From IMG/VR virus record IMGVR_UViG_3300042275_000327, positions 1-64,000 of that record: 64,000 bases of DNA; one strand, given 5' to 3'. The notes under the pieces were generated by a model. It had not been told where the DNA came from. It ran no database searches and saw nothing but the letters and a program-made list of their open reading frames with translations. The position numbers and the translations under genes are program-made. Shown here piece after piece: positions 8,919-18,123 of the stretch. How positions within the stretch are numbered: the first letter of the stretch is position 1; the number at the start of each line of letters is the position of its first letter. The DNA comes from a virus (Duplodnaviria; Caudoviricetes).

Positions 8919-8945
8919 AAAATAAAAAAGAGATTTTTGTATAAT
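8917..8945 (+). promoter_or_regulatory. Class II promoter-like site
   Basis: AGAAAA-N17-TATAAT, then TATATAGGAG. Confidence 0.45.
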
Positions 8946-8968
8946 ATGTATATAGGAGAAAACTAAAA

Positions 8969-9313
8969 ATGAAAGATGTAACAAAAATGAGTGTACAGGA
9001 TATTATTGACTATGAGCTGTATGGATTCACTTATCTCAAGAATATTGATGGAGAAAGAAAAGCTATTGTTGCAGGAATTCCCAAGAATGGGTCTGTCTTT
9101 GTTGGGTACTCTTTCTGCAATCCAAAAGATGACTTTGATGTGAATGAGGGCTTGAGAATTGCAATTGAAAGAGCTCTGAAGAATGACAACATGTATGATT
9201 TCTCAGAACTCCCAGACTATGCAAAGAAACAGAGGAGAGTTCTTCTTCATAGATATGTTGAACCTCTTGTTGCTCGAATGGCTCGTCGCTGGTATGATCC
9301 TAAGAAGAAGTGA
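8969..9313 (+). CDS. Conserved phage protein
   Basis: VGYSFCNPKDDFDVNEGLRIAIERA motif. Confidence 0.65.
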   Translation: MKDVTKMSVQDIIDYELYGFTYLKNIDGERKAIVAGIPKNGSVFVGYSFCNPKDDFDVNEGLRIAIERALKNDNMYDFSELPDYAKKQRRVLLHRYVEPLVARMARRWYDPKKK

Positions 9314-9317
9314 ATAT

Positions 9318-9370
9318 TGAAGAGAGAATTCTGAGGAGAGAATTAAAAAAGTTCTCTCTTCAGTCGCTTT
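9318..9370 (+). terminator. Intergenic hairpin, possible terminator
   Basis: CTGAGGAGAGAAT/GTTCTCTCTTCAG stem with a weak U-tract. Confidence 0.4.
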
Positions 9371-9380
9371 AGGAGAAAAT

Positions 9381-9587
9381 ATGACTTTTGAAGAAGAAAA
9401 ATCTAATGTTTACTCAGCAATAGAACTTTCTAAGACTTTTAAAAATAAATCTCTAATTGTAAAAATCAATAATTTAAATCTTGAAGAACTTATAAAAGAT
9501 TTATCAGAAAATGGGTATATTGTACGTGTAAATTTAATTTGTTATATTGATAAAAACATGTCTAGTATAACAATAACTTGGGAGTAA
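9381..9587 (+). CDS. Hypothetical protein
   Basis: AGGAG RBS. Confidence 0.55.
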   Translation: MTFEEEKSNVYSAIELSKTFKNKSLIVKINNLNLEELIKDLSENGYIVRVNLICYIDKNMSSITITWE

Positions 9588-9593
9588 ATAAAA

Positions 9594-10424
9594 ATGAAAG
9601 CAAATAGTCTGAGTATTTCAATCCCTTCAGAAGCCACTTGTAAAAAGAATTGTCCATATTGTGTTTCCAAAATGACTGGAAAAGCAAATGTGGATTATGT
9701 GAATTTCTTTAGAAATCTTAAGAAAGCTAGAAAGATTGCTGACAATGCAGATATTTCTTGTGTGATTATCACGGGAAAAACAGAACCTCTACAACTAGAA
9801 AACCTTGAGATGTTTCTTGATATTTGTAAGATGTTTCAAGACTATCCTATTGAGGTTCAGACAAATGGAACAACTCTGAATCAAGGAGCAGTTCTCAGAA
9901 CTCTGAATGAAGCAAGAGTCAATACTGTTGCTGTATCAGTTGACAATTGGAATCAGATGAGAGAACAGGGAGAAATCCTCAACAGACTTTCCAAGCTTGG
10001 ATTCAATACAAGAGTAACAATCAACCTTACAGAAAATATTCTTTCTCATAGTCATTGGGATTATGTAAGAATTTGTTCTTATAGTGGAATAAATCAGATG
10101 TCTTTCAGAGAACTGACGATTCCTAGTAATTTTGTAGAAACAAATGAAAGTAGAGAAGCTATCAATTATATCCAATCTGTAGATCTAGAGAAAGTAAAAA
10201 CTTTTCTTGAAGGATTCAATAATCTCATCCTTGAGGAAGGGACATTTGTAAGAAATCTCCCATTTGGAGCTAGCATCTATATGATAGATGGAATTTCTGC
10301 AACTATCTTCAGACATTGTATTCAAGAGAATTCTAATGAAGACGATATCAGAAGTCTTATCTACTATGAAGATGGTCATATGTCTACTTCTTGGTATGGA
10401 TCTAATTTTGGAAGGATATTCTGA
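9594..10424 (+). CDS. Radical SAM enzyme
   Basis: CKKNCPYC (Cx3Cx2C), IITGKTEP, EVQTNG, AVSVD. Confidence 0.85.
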   Translation: MKANSLSISIPSEATCKKNCPYCVSKMTGKANVDYVNFFRNLKKARKIADNADISCVIITGKTEPLQLENLEMFLDICKMFQDYPIEVQTNGTTLNQGAVLRTLNEARVNTVAVSVDNWNQMREQGEILNRLSKLGFNTRVTINLTENILSHSHWDYVRICSYSGINQMSFRELTIPSNFVETNESREAINYIQSVDLEKVKTFLEGFNNLILEEGTFVRNLPFGASIYMIDGISATIFRHCIQENSNEDDIRSLIYYEDGHMSTSWYGSNFGRIF

Positions 10425-11755
10425 TGGAACTCAATCCAAAATGGTCATGGGTAGAAACAGACTCAAAACAATTCTCTGCAGCTCTTGATGCAATACTAAA
10501 TACTGATGACAATCTCTTCCTGATAGGTCCAGCGGGAGTAGGAAAGTCTATTCTTTTGAAAATTGCTTATGATCACTTCAGAAATGTATTGGTTCTAGGA
10601 CCAACAGGAATTAGTGCTGCTAATCTCTCTACAGATGGAGTTCCAGCAACAACAATACATTCAGCTCTGAAGATACCACCAGTAAATGTCTATAATACTT
10701 TGAGACTTAGCAATGATGCCATAAATCTTATCACTAGAACAAAACTGATTCTAATTGATGAGATCTCAATGGTAAATGCTTCTTTAATGGATTTTGTTCT
10801 GAAAGCTTCTAGATTATCTTCAGAATTTGTAAAACCAAGAATTATCATCTTTGGAGATATCTTTCAGCTTCCTCCTGTAAGATCTGATAACATCTATGCT
10901 GTAAGCAAATACTTTGATAAGATCTATGATGGAAATTATTTCTTCTTTAGTGCAAGATTATATGAAAAATTCAAATTCAAGACTTTCCATTTGAATGAGG
11001 TATATCGACAGAAAGATCCTGTATTTAAGAATGCTCTGAATAGAATCCGTCTAGGAGTTTGTACTCAAGAAGACCTTGATCTTATCAATACAAGAGTAGT
11101 GAAGAACAAACAAGAATTCATTGACTCACATCCTTATATGTTGTATCTGGCTTCTACAAATAAGATTGTAAACAAGCTGAATCTTCAGTATACAGCAAGA
11201 CCAGAATTTACAAAGAGAATTACTTATGAAGCAATTCTGAAAGGAGACTTTGACATCAGAAATCATCCTGGACTAGATTACAAAATTGAGATTGCTCAGG
11301 GACAACAAGTGATCTGTACTGCTAATAATTCAGAAGGAGGATATCAGAATGGAACTCTTGGAATTGTAGAGGATGTCTTTGAGGATTTTGTAAGAATCAG
11401 AAAACAAGATGGAACTGTAGTCTATGTTATTCGACAGAACTGGGATAAATTTGAGTATTTCCTTGATGAAGAAACTGATGAAGTCACTCACAAATCTGTG
11501 GGATCTTGTAATCAAATTGCCTGCAAGCCTGCTTTTGCTGTAACATTCCACAAGAGTCAAGGTCTGACTTTAGATTCTATCTTCATAGATCTTTCTTCTA
11601 AGTTTGTACCAGAGTCAGGAGTCTATTTGGCTCTCTCAAGATGTAGAACACTAGAAGGAATTGGGCTCTCAAGACCGATCACTATGGATGACATCATTGT
11701 AAGTGCAGAAGCTCTAGAATTTATGTTGGAGAACTTTGATGAAGAAAATATATAG
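10424..11755 (+). CDS. PIF1/RecD-like SF1B DNA helicase
   Basis: GPAGVGKS, IDEISM, GDIFQLPPV, LNEVYRQ, AVTFHKSQGLTLD, YLALSR. Confidence 0.92.
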   Translation: MELNPKWSWVETDSKQFSAALDAILNTDDNLFLIGPAGVGKSILLKIAYDHFRNVLVLGPTGISAANLSTDGVPATTIHSALKIPPVNVYNTLRLSNDAINLITRTKLILIDEISMVNASLMDFVLKASRLSSEFVKPRIIIFGDIFQLPPVRSDNIYAVSKYFDKIYDGNYFFFSARLYEKFKFKTFHLNEVYRQKDPVFKNALNRIRLGVCTQEDLDLINTRVVKNKQEFIDSHPYMLYLASTNKIVNKLNLQYTARPEFTKRITYEAILKGDFDIRNHPGLDYKIEIAQGQQVICTANNSEGGYQNGTLGIVEDVFEDFVRIRKQDGTVVYVIRQNWDKFEYFLDEETDEVTHKSVGSCNQIACKPAFAVTFHKSQGLTLDSIFIDLSSKFVPESGVYLALSRCRTLEGIGLSRPITMDDIIVSAEALEFMLENFDEENI

Positions 11756-11830
11756 TTATACTACTTTATATAGAAGATTCATCTGGGAGTTTCCTCGAAT
11801 AACTGAGACTAAGATAGGGGATACTATATA

Positions 11831-12088
11831 ATGAAGTGTACATGGGAAGACTGTGATGAAGAAGAAGTCATAGAGCTAAGAGATGTATATGGAATGCCCT
11901 GGGCTCATCTTTGCAAAAAGCACAATAAAGAATTTGAGTCTTTATTGAGCACTGAAAAAGCAGAAAATATCTGTAAAGCTTGGATTCTAGCAAGAGGAGG
12001 AGCTGATGAATTAGCAGAAGATATTTCTATGATGTTTACTCAAAGATCATTTAGATCAAAGAAAGGAATATTTGGAAGTAAAAAATAA
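11831..12088 (+). CDS. Hypothetical Zn-binding protein
   Basis: CTWEDC...LCKKH. Confidence 0.55.
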   Translation: MKCTWEDCDEEEVIELRDVYGMPWAHLCKKHNKEFESLLSTEKAENICKAWILARGGADELAEDISMMFTQRSFRSKKGIFGSKK

Positions 12089-12107
12089 AAATTTTTTTAA
12101 AAAACTA

Positions 12108-12136
12108 TTTACTTTATAAGATTTATAATGTATAAT
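12108..12136 (+). promoter_or_regulatory. Sigma70-like early promoter (class I)
   Basis: TTTACT-N17-TATAAT. Confidence 0.75.
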
Positions 12137-12173
12137 GAAATTAAGTTAAAAGAAAAGAAAAGGAGATACAAAG

Positions 12174-12647
12174 ATGATCACTAAAAAAGAAATGGAAGAG
12201 AATAGTTTCTTGATCTCAAAAGTGGGGCTCAGGAAAAGCACTAAGAAGGACATAGTAAATAGTTCTTACTTTGACAAAGAGTCTAACAAGTATATGTTAG
12301 ACTATTACTCTGACAAAGGTCATGTAGTCAGAGAAGCCACTGACTTCGAAGTGAAAGTAATTGAAGAAGATTCCAAGTTTGTTGCTAGAAAACTAAAAAC
12401 TCTGATGGATACAGGGTTTTTTCAATTAGCTGAAGACTGGGGAGATGTTAAAAGACTAGTAAGATATAGAGTTGATAATAATCCTAAAACAAGAAGTTGT
12501 GATATTGACTATAATGAGAACGAAGGGTATATGGCTTATGAAAATTCTTCTAGCTGTTACAATATTGCTGATTTCAAATATCTTACTGAAAAAGAAAAGC
12601 AAGAATTAGTCGAAAAGTTTAAAGAACTCTGGTCTAAAATTAATTAA
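12174..12647 (+). CDS. Hypothetical early protein
   Basis: AAGGAG RBS. Confidence 0.7.
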   Translation: MITKKEMEENSFLISKVGLRKSTKKDIVNSSYFDKESNKYMLDYYSDKGHVVREATDFEVKVIEEDSKFVARKLKTLMDTGFFQLAEDWGDVKRLVRYRVDNNPKTRSCDIDYNENEGYMAYENSSSCYNIADFKYLTEKEKQELVEKFKELWSKIN

Positions 12648-12662
12648 AAAGGAGATTCAAAA

Positions 12663-13034
12663 ATGAAGATCAATGTTAACAACGAAGAGAGAGTAAATGA
12701 TGCTCTCGAGTCGGTCAATCAGAGAGTCAGAAATGCCTATGCTTATCATGTTAAAAACATGGTAGAACAGATTGAGAGGGATCTTTTAGCAAAAAAGCTC
12801 TCAAAAAAAGATTGGACATGGCTGCGTTTTTCATGCAATCCAAATGCACAGACATTCCCGAATGCTTATAAAGGCACACCAGAAGCAACCTACTTCGTCA
12901 TTGAAAGATTTCAAAGTGGCTGGTTTCTAGTCGATGTAAAGAGAGATGTTTGCAAAGGAACTCCAATCAGAATGGTCAGCCAGTTGACTGAAGATCAAAA
13001 GCAAGCAATCTTGAATGCTTTCTGTAAGTTCTAA
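12663..13034 (+). CDS. Hypothetical early protein
   Basis: AAGGAG RBS; AQTFPNAYKG motif. Confidence 0.7.
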   Translation: MKINVNNEERVNDALESVNQRVRNAYAYHVKNMVEQIERDLLAKKLSKKDWTWLRFSCNPNAQTFPNAYKGTPEATYFVIERFQSGWFLVDVKRDVCKGTPIRMVSQLTEDQKQAILNAFCKF

Positions 13035-13043
13035 ACTTGTTTT

Positions 13044-13073
13044 CCCTCCTTATAGTTTAAGGAGGGGTATTTT
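13044..13073 (+). terminator. Rho-independent terminator-like hairpin
   Basis: CCCTCCTTA/TAAGGAGGG stem followed by GTATTTT. Confidence 0.6.
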
Positions 13074-13094
13074 AAACCAAGGAGATGCTCAAAT

Positions 13095-14471
13095 ATGAAA
13101 GATGCTGCAACAAAAGTTTGTAAAATTCTCCAGGATCATGGACACCAAGCAGTCTTTGCTGGAGGATGTGTCAGAGACATGCTTTTGAAAAAAGAGCCTC
13201 ATGATATTGACATTGCCACTAGTGCTACTCCAAAAGAAGTTGTAGAAATTTTCAAGAAAACTGTTCCTATTGGAATATCTTTTGGAGTTGTTCAGGTTCA
13301 TATGGATGGATTTCAGTTTGAGGTTGCTACCTTCAGAACAGAGTCAAAGTCTTCCGATGGAAGAAGACCAGATTCTATTAAATTTTCCTCTATGGAAGAA
13401 GATGCAAAAAGAAGAGATTTCACAGTCAATGCTCTTTTCTATGATCCAATAAAAGATGAGATCTATGATTTTGTAGATGGGAAAAACGATATTTACACTA
13501 GAACTCTTCGATTTGTTGGAAATCCAAAAGAAAGACTTGAAGAAGATCAATTGAGAGCATTGAGAGCCATCAGGTTTTCTTCAAATGACTTCAAACTTGA
13601 TAAAGATACTTCTTTAGCTCTTTTATCAGCAGATATCTCTAAGCTCTCAAAAGAAAGAATCAAATCTGAATTGGATAAGATATTGCTGTTAAAAAATTGT
13701 TCTGAAGCTTTTGAAAGACTGATGGGATTTGGACTTTTAGAACAGATTATTCCTGAGATGAAAGATCTATTGACGGCATATCATGAAATAAGATGGCATC
13801 CTGAAGGACATCCTTGGAGACATACTCTTATTGTCTTGGATCTAGCTAGAAGTCGGACTGACAATCTTAATATTCTTTGGGGAGCTCTCCTTCATGATAT
13901 TGGAAAGCCAGCAACTGAAAAAGTCATAGACGGAAAATATACAAATCATGGACATGCTGAAGTTGGAGAAGAAATTGCAGAAAAGATCTTGAGAAATTTA
14001 AGAGCTCCTAATTGTCAGATTGATGAAGTAAAATTCTTGGTAAAGAATCATATGAGAATCAAGAATGCTTCCAAGATGAAAAAGTCTAAGATTGCTCGAC
14101 TGAAAGCAGAAAAGTTCTATGAAGATCTGAGACTTCTCTCTATCTGTGATTCTCAGGCAACAGGAATTCCAGAAAATCTTAATTGGGTAAAACACCTAGA
14201 CAAGGTAGAGGAATATAAGGAACTCCCAAAACCATTTCTCAATGGATATGATTTGAAAGATATTGGAGTTCTTCCAGGTTCCTGGATGGGATATCTTCTA
14301 GACAAGCTTATGGATCTTCAATTAGAAGGAAAGATAAGAGACAGAGAAGATGCTTTAGTTGAGGCAAAAAGAATAATTAAAGAAGATAAGAACGCTGATC
14401 ATACCTATTTTTCAAATATGATTCAGATGGGAATGAATCCAGGATTTATGAAAAGAAAATATGAAAATTAA
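13095..14471 (+). CDS. cca: CCA-adding tRNA nucleotidyltransferase (class II) with HD domain
   Basis: GGCVRD, DIDIAT, EVATFR, EDAKRRDFTVNAL, EEDQLRALRAIRF; HD motif LLHDIGKP. Confidence 0.9.
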   Translation: MKDAATKVCKILQDHGHQAVFAGGCVRDMLLKKEPHDIDIATSATPKEVVEIFKKTVPIGISFGVVQVHMDGFQFEVATFRTESKSSDGRRPDSIKFSSMEEDAKRRDFTVNALFYDPIKDEIYDFVDGKNDIYTRTLRFVGNPKERLEEDQLRALRAIRFSSNDFKLDKDTSLALLSADISKLSKERIKSELDKILLLKNCSEAFERLMGFGLLEQIIPEMKDLLTAYHEIRWHPEGHPWRHTLIVLDLARSRTDNLNILWGALLHDIGKPATEKVIDGKYTNHGHAEVGEEIAEKILRNLRAPNCQIDEVKFLVKNHMRIKNASKMKKSKIARLKAEKFYEDLRLLSICDSQATGIPENLNWVKHLDKVEEYKELPKPFLNGYDLKDIGVLPGSWMGYLLDKLMDLQLEGKIRDREDALVEAKRIIKEDKNADHTYFSNMIQMGMNPGFMKRKYEN

Positions 14472-14490
14472 ATAGAAATTTTTATATACT
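14462..14490 (+). promoter_or_regulatory. Class II promoter-like site
   Basis: TGAAAA-N17-TATACT. Confidence 0.55.
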
Positions 14491-14516
14491 AAATATATAG
14501 AAAGGAGAAGTCAAAG

Positions 14517-14732
14517 ATGAAGTATGAATGTGAATATCATATAATGAATCCAACAGGAGCTTTAAGACAAGTGGTTATAAAAAATGAAGATGACAGCATC
14601 AAGCTTCTGTCCATTCAAAAACTTTGGGTTTGTAGAAATTGTGGACTGAAAGTTTGGAAAGATCTTCCTGTTGTGAGAGCAGAAGACGTTTCTCCAGTTC
14701 CTGAAAATTGTGGTTTTTCTGTTTTATGCTGA
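14517..14732 (+). CDS. Small Zn-ribbon protein
   Basis: CRNCG...WKDLP; AAGGAG RBS. Confidence 0.6.
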   Translation: MKYECEYHIMNPTGALRQVVIKNEDDSIKLLSIQKLWVCRNCGLKVWKDLPVVRAEDVSPVPENCGFSVLC

Positions 14733-14742
14733 GGAAAAAGAC

Positions 14743-14952
14743 ATGCAAGAATATACAATAATCATTTTTGTAGAAAATATAGGAAATCTTAATTATCTTT
14801 TACGTCGTGGAAATGAATGGACTACTTTTATTTCTCCGAATGGAGAGAAATATAAAAAACATGAATTGAAAGAATTGATAGATGAAGCTACTTCTTTAGA
14901 TGGTCTCATGGGAATGTGGAAAATTGAATCTTATATAGGAGAATATATCTAA
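14743..14952 (+). CDS. Hypothetical protein
   Basis: Likely ATG at 14743 after GAGG. Confidence 0.5.
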   Translation: MQEYTIIIFVENIGNLNYLLRRGNEWTTFISPNGEKYKKHELKELIDEATSLDGLMGMWKIESYIGEYI

Positions 14953-14953
14953 G

Positions 14954-15352
14954 ATGATAAACTACAATGCAGAATTATATAACTATCTTTTAGATACATT
15001 AAGAAGAGGAACAGAAGCAGTTGAAAAGAGTATTCCTGTTTATGTCGAGCAAGTCCTAGAATATAAAGAGTTTACCTCTATATTTGGAATAATATTATCA
15101 TTGATTATTGTTGCTCTTTCTGTTGTCCTTTTTGTAATCTTTTACAAGAGATTTCTAAAGATGAAAAAAGAAAATACTTGGATTGATTCTATATTTGACT
15201 GTCCACTAGAATCTGTGTTTATCATAGGATCTTTGAGTCTTTTTGCAATTTTCATCTCTTATCTATTGAGTAATATCTACACTCTTGTGATGATCAATAA
15301 AGCACCTTTGATTTTCTTATTGAAATATACTATGAATCTTGGAGGATCTTGA
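14954..15352 (+). CDS. Membrane protein (2 TM)
   Basis: Two hydrophobic helices; AGGAG RBS. Confidence 0.65.
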   Translation: MINYNAELYNYLLDTLRRGTEAVEKSIPVYVEQVLEYKEFTSIFGIILSLIIVALSVVLFVIFYKRFLKMKKENTWIDSIFDCPLESVFIIGSLSLFAIFISYLLSNIYTLVMINKAPLIFLLKYTMNLGGS

Positions 15353-15353
15353 A

Positions 15354-15635
15354 ATGAAAAAAGAAGACAACTATTGTAAGGACTGTATCCATTTTGCTGG
15401 AGATAAGTATGATCCTTGGAGTACTGGATATTGTAAAGTACATTCACTAGAAATAAATCCTCTAAGGATTTCTTGCCGTGATTTCAATACTGTTCAGGAT
15501 CACAATCATGCTTGGAAGAAGACTATGGAAATTCGTACTATTAAAACAACTTTTGGACTTTGTGAATTTGTAGAAAAAGTTGAACAAAAGTCAGTATGTA
15601 TATACTGTGGAAAAGAAGAATGGAAAGAGGTATAA
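15354..15635 (+). CDS. Cys-rich Zn-finger protein
   Basis: CKDCIHF...GYC...C; C-terminal CIYCG...WKEV. Confidence 0.6.
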   Translation: MKKEDNYCKDCIHFAGDKYDPWSTGYCKVHSLEINPLRISCRDFNTVQDHNHAWKKTMEIRTIKTTFGLCEFVEKVEQKSVCIYCGKEEWKEV

Positions 15636-15637
15636 AA

Positions 15638-16291
15638 ATGGAATTTGACAAGAACAAGATTTTGACCTGTGTAACAGCAGACCAAGCAAAAGTTGGTCAA
15701 AAAGGATGGTTTGCTAATGATTTAGAAACCTTAGAGGCAAAGGCAATTTATTACAGTCCACATAAATTATATGAAATACTCAGTGAAGCAAATAACCTTA
15801 GATTTAAAAAAGAAACTCTCACTCTTTGGGCACTCTTCTACCCTGCACCAGAACCAACTTATGCAGAACGTCAAGCTGAGTGGGTAAAAGAGAACAACGT
15901 AAAGGAAGGAACAAAGGTACGTTTCATTAAAGGATTTGATGATAATGAAGATGGTTCAGATTGCTGTGAACACGAGGATGCAAAAGGGATAGAAGGCATT
16001 GTTGAGAGTATTACTAGAATGCATATATTTGTTTTTATTCCAGCAGTTTGTGGTTGGTCTGTCCCTTTCACCGCTCTAGAAGTCATCAAGGAACCATCCT
16101 ACCACCCATTCATGAATGCAGAAGAGTTTAAATATTACAGAGATGAATGGATTTGTTATAATGGTATAACATTCAAGCATGAAGGGTACACTGAAGAAGG
16201 TATTATCGTAGACCAAGAAATTATTGATTGGGATACAGCTTTTGAAAAATATCATTTTGAGAAAGAAGTACCATTCGGGATAAAGAAGTAA
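15638..16291 (+). CDS. Hypothetical phage protein
   Basis: Start MEFDKNKILTCVTADQAKVG after AGAGG; N-terminus recalls spirochaete phage proteins (unverified). Confidence 0.6.
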   Translation: MEFDKNKILTCVTADQAKVGQKGWFANDLETLEAKAIYYSPHKLYEILSEANNLRFKKETLTLWALFYPAPEPTYAERQAEWVKENNVKEGTKVRFIKGFDDNEDGSDCCEHEDAKGIEGIVESITRMHIFVFIPAVCGWSVPFTALEVIKEPSYHPFMNAEEFKYYRDEWICYNGITFKHEGYTEEGIIVDQEIIDWDTAFEKYHFEKEVPFGIKK

Positions 16292-16295
16292 AGAT

Positions 16296-17474
16296 ATGAT
16301 TTATGTAGTAACACCAGTTTATGAATATGATGAATATCCAAAAATAGAAGAATTTGATACAAAAGAAGAAGCTCTTCAATTTATCAGTAAAGATTTAGAA
16401 AGAAATTGGTCCTCTAGTTTTCAAAATGGTCCTGATGACTATACAGCAATAGAAGGAAGAAAACTAAAACTGAAGGCAATTCAGTATGCTAGCAGAGTCA
16501 TTGAAGATAAGACCAATTCTTGTGATCTGAAATTTCCTTATGAATGGGAAAAGATGATCTAACAAAGGAGAAAGAAATGATTTTTGTAATAATCCTTTTT
16601 CTATTAATTCTCATCTTTCTATATCAAGAAGATCATAAGAATATTTCAGATCCAGGTCCTTGGGAAGAATGGGATCAATATGATGAAAATAAAAAGGAAG
16701 ATAAATCATGACAAGAAATAGTGATGATCTGAAAAAGGAATTTAATCTCTCTTTGGAAAAACAAGCAGGATTTACTTACGAAAGATGGCTTGAAAACGAA
16801 ATTCAAAAGGTTGAGAATGAAAAAGAAGAATATAGAAGATTCGCTGACCGTATGTCATCGGAAGCTAACAGTTTAGCTGGACAGTTAAAGAGTATAGTTC
16901 ATCATCTTGACCATCGCATTGTTACAAATGGAGAATGGAGTAAAGTATGAAAATTGATAAGGACTATATATACCAAAATCAAAAACAAAGAGTCATTGGT
17001 GGTAATTTTCATGCAGGAAAAACAGCAGGACAATATAGTACACCAAAAGACAATGATTCAATACTTTGTGGTGGACAATGGAAAGATGCTATGGATAGAG
17101 ATCTAGAAAGAGATCCTCCAAGATTTGAAATTAACTATCATTATATACATCATACTATGAGAAATATTGCATTTGACATTTTTGATGATCAGGAGAAAAC
17201 AAAATGAAATCTAGAAAGAAGTCAGTAGTAATTGATGCAAATCATCAAATAGAACCAACATTTACTAAGGTAGGAGATAAGTAATATGGGAGATAGCTAC
17301 ATAATTACAGATATTGAGGTATATAGAGATGCCTACCAGATTAATTTAAGAAATACTTCTAATGAAGTAAGTGTTAGAACATTTATTACTAAAAGTATGT
17401 TATTAGAGCTATTAAGTCATGCTGAAAGTACTAGCAGATATAATGATTATATAGGGGAAAGAAATGAAATTTAG
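16296..17474 (+). other. Run of small hypothetical genes (16296..16562, 16708..16950, 16947..17207, 17286..17474)
   Basis: Consecutive short ORFs with RBS or overlaps; no recognisable motifs. Confidence 0.55.
17204..17284 (+). pseudogene. N-terminal remnant of a copy of the 17464 gene
   Basis: 34 of the first 37 nt match the start of 17464 (MKSRKKSVVIDA vs MKFRKKPVVIEA). Confidence 0.6.
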
Positions 17475-17922
17475 AAAGAAGCCAGTAGTAATTGAAGCAA
17501 TGCAGTTTAATGGATTAGAAGATTATCTAAAAATAGTAGATTGGGCTAAAAGTTTTGACGAATCAATTGCTGATGGATTCGGATATACAACTCCAATCAT
17601 GCTAATTCCTACATTAGAAGGAACAATGAGTGCCAGTCCTGGAGACTGGATTATCAGAGGAGTAAATGGTGAATTCTATCCTTGTAAGCCAGATATATTT
17701 GAGAAGACATATGATAAGGTAGAATTACCTAAAGAAATATCCCTTTCTCCTCTGACCATTACTTTTAACATTGATCCTAACACAGTCGAGCCTGAGTTCT
17801 TAGAAGATATAAAGTTTGAAGAGATTAAGGGTGATGTGTATGATATTCCTCTAGATATTATGAGGAAATGGATTGAGATTGGGAATGCCAAAGAAGAAAA
17901 ACAAACCACAAAGAATGTATAA
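17464..17922 (+). CDS. Conserved phage protein (KKPVVIEA/PGDW family)
   Basis: MKFRKKPVVIEAMQF...IPTLEG...PGDWIIRGVNGEFYPCKPDIFEKTY. Confidence 0.8.
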   Translation: MKFRKKPVVIEAMQFNGLEDYLKIVDWAKSFDESIADGFGYTTPIMLIPTLEGTMSASPGDWIIRGVNGEFYPCKPDIFEKTYDKVELPKEISLSPLTITFNIDPNTVEPEFLEDIKFEEIKGDVYDIPLDIMRKWIEIGNAKEEKQTTKNV

Positions 17923-17984
17923 TGTTTATATTTAATATGACGTGTAGTGTACTGATGTATATTATCGCTGCTGATTTATATTTT

Positions 17985-18106
17985 TTTCTTCCAACAGTGG
18001 AGAAGTGAAGGCATCCAAGGGTGATTGGATGATCAAAGGTGTAGAAGGAGAATTCTATCCTTGTAAACCAGACATTTTTGAAAAGACCTATAAACCAGTA
18101 GAATAA
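17985..18106 (+). pseudogene. C-terminal remnant of a copy of the 17464 gene
   Basis: Reads VKASKGDWMIKGVEGEFYPCKPDIFEKTYKPVE*. Confidence 0.65.
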
Positions 18107-18123
18107 AAGAGGATAGAATATAA

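Noticed and set aside
11734-11762. Additional class II promoter upstream of 11831
   Set aside because: TATACT is present but the -35 position reads CTTTGA, matching neither class; left uncalled.
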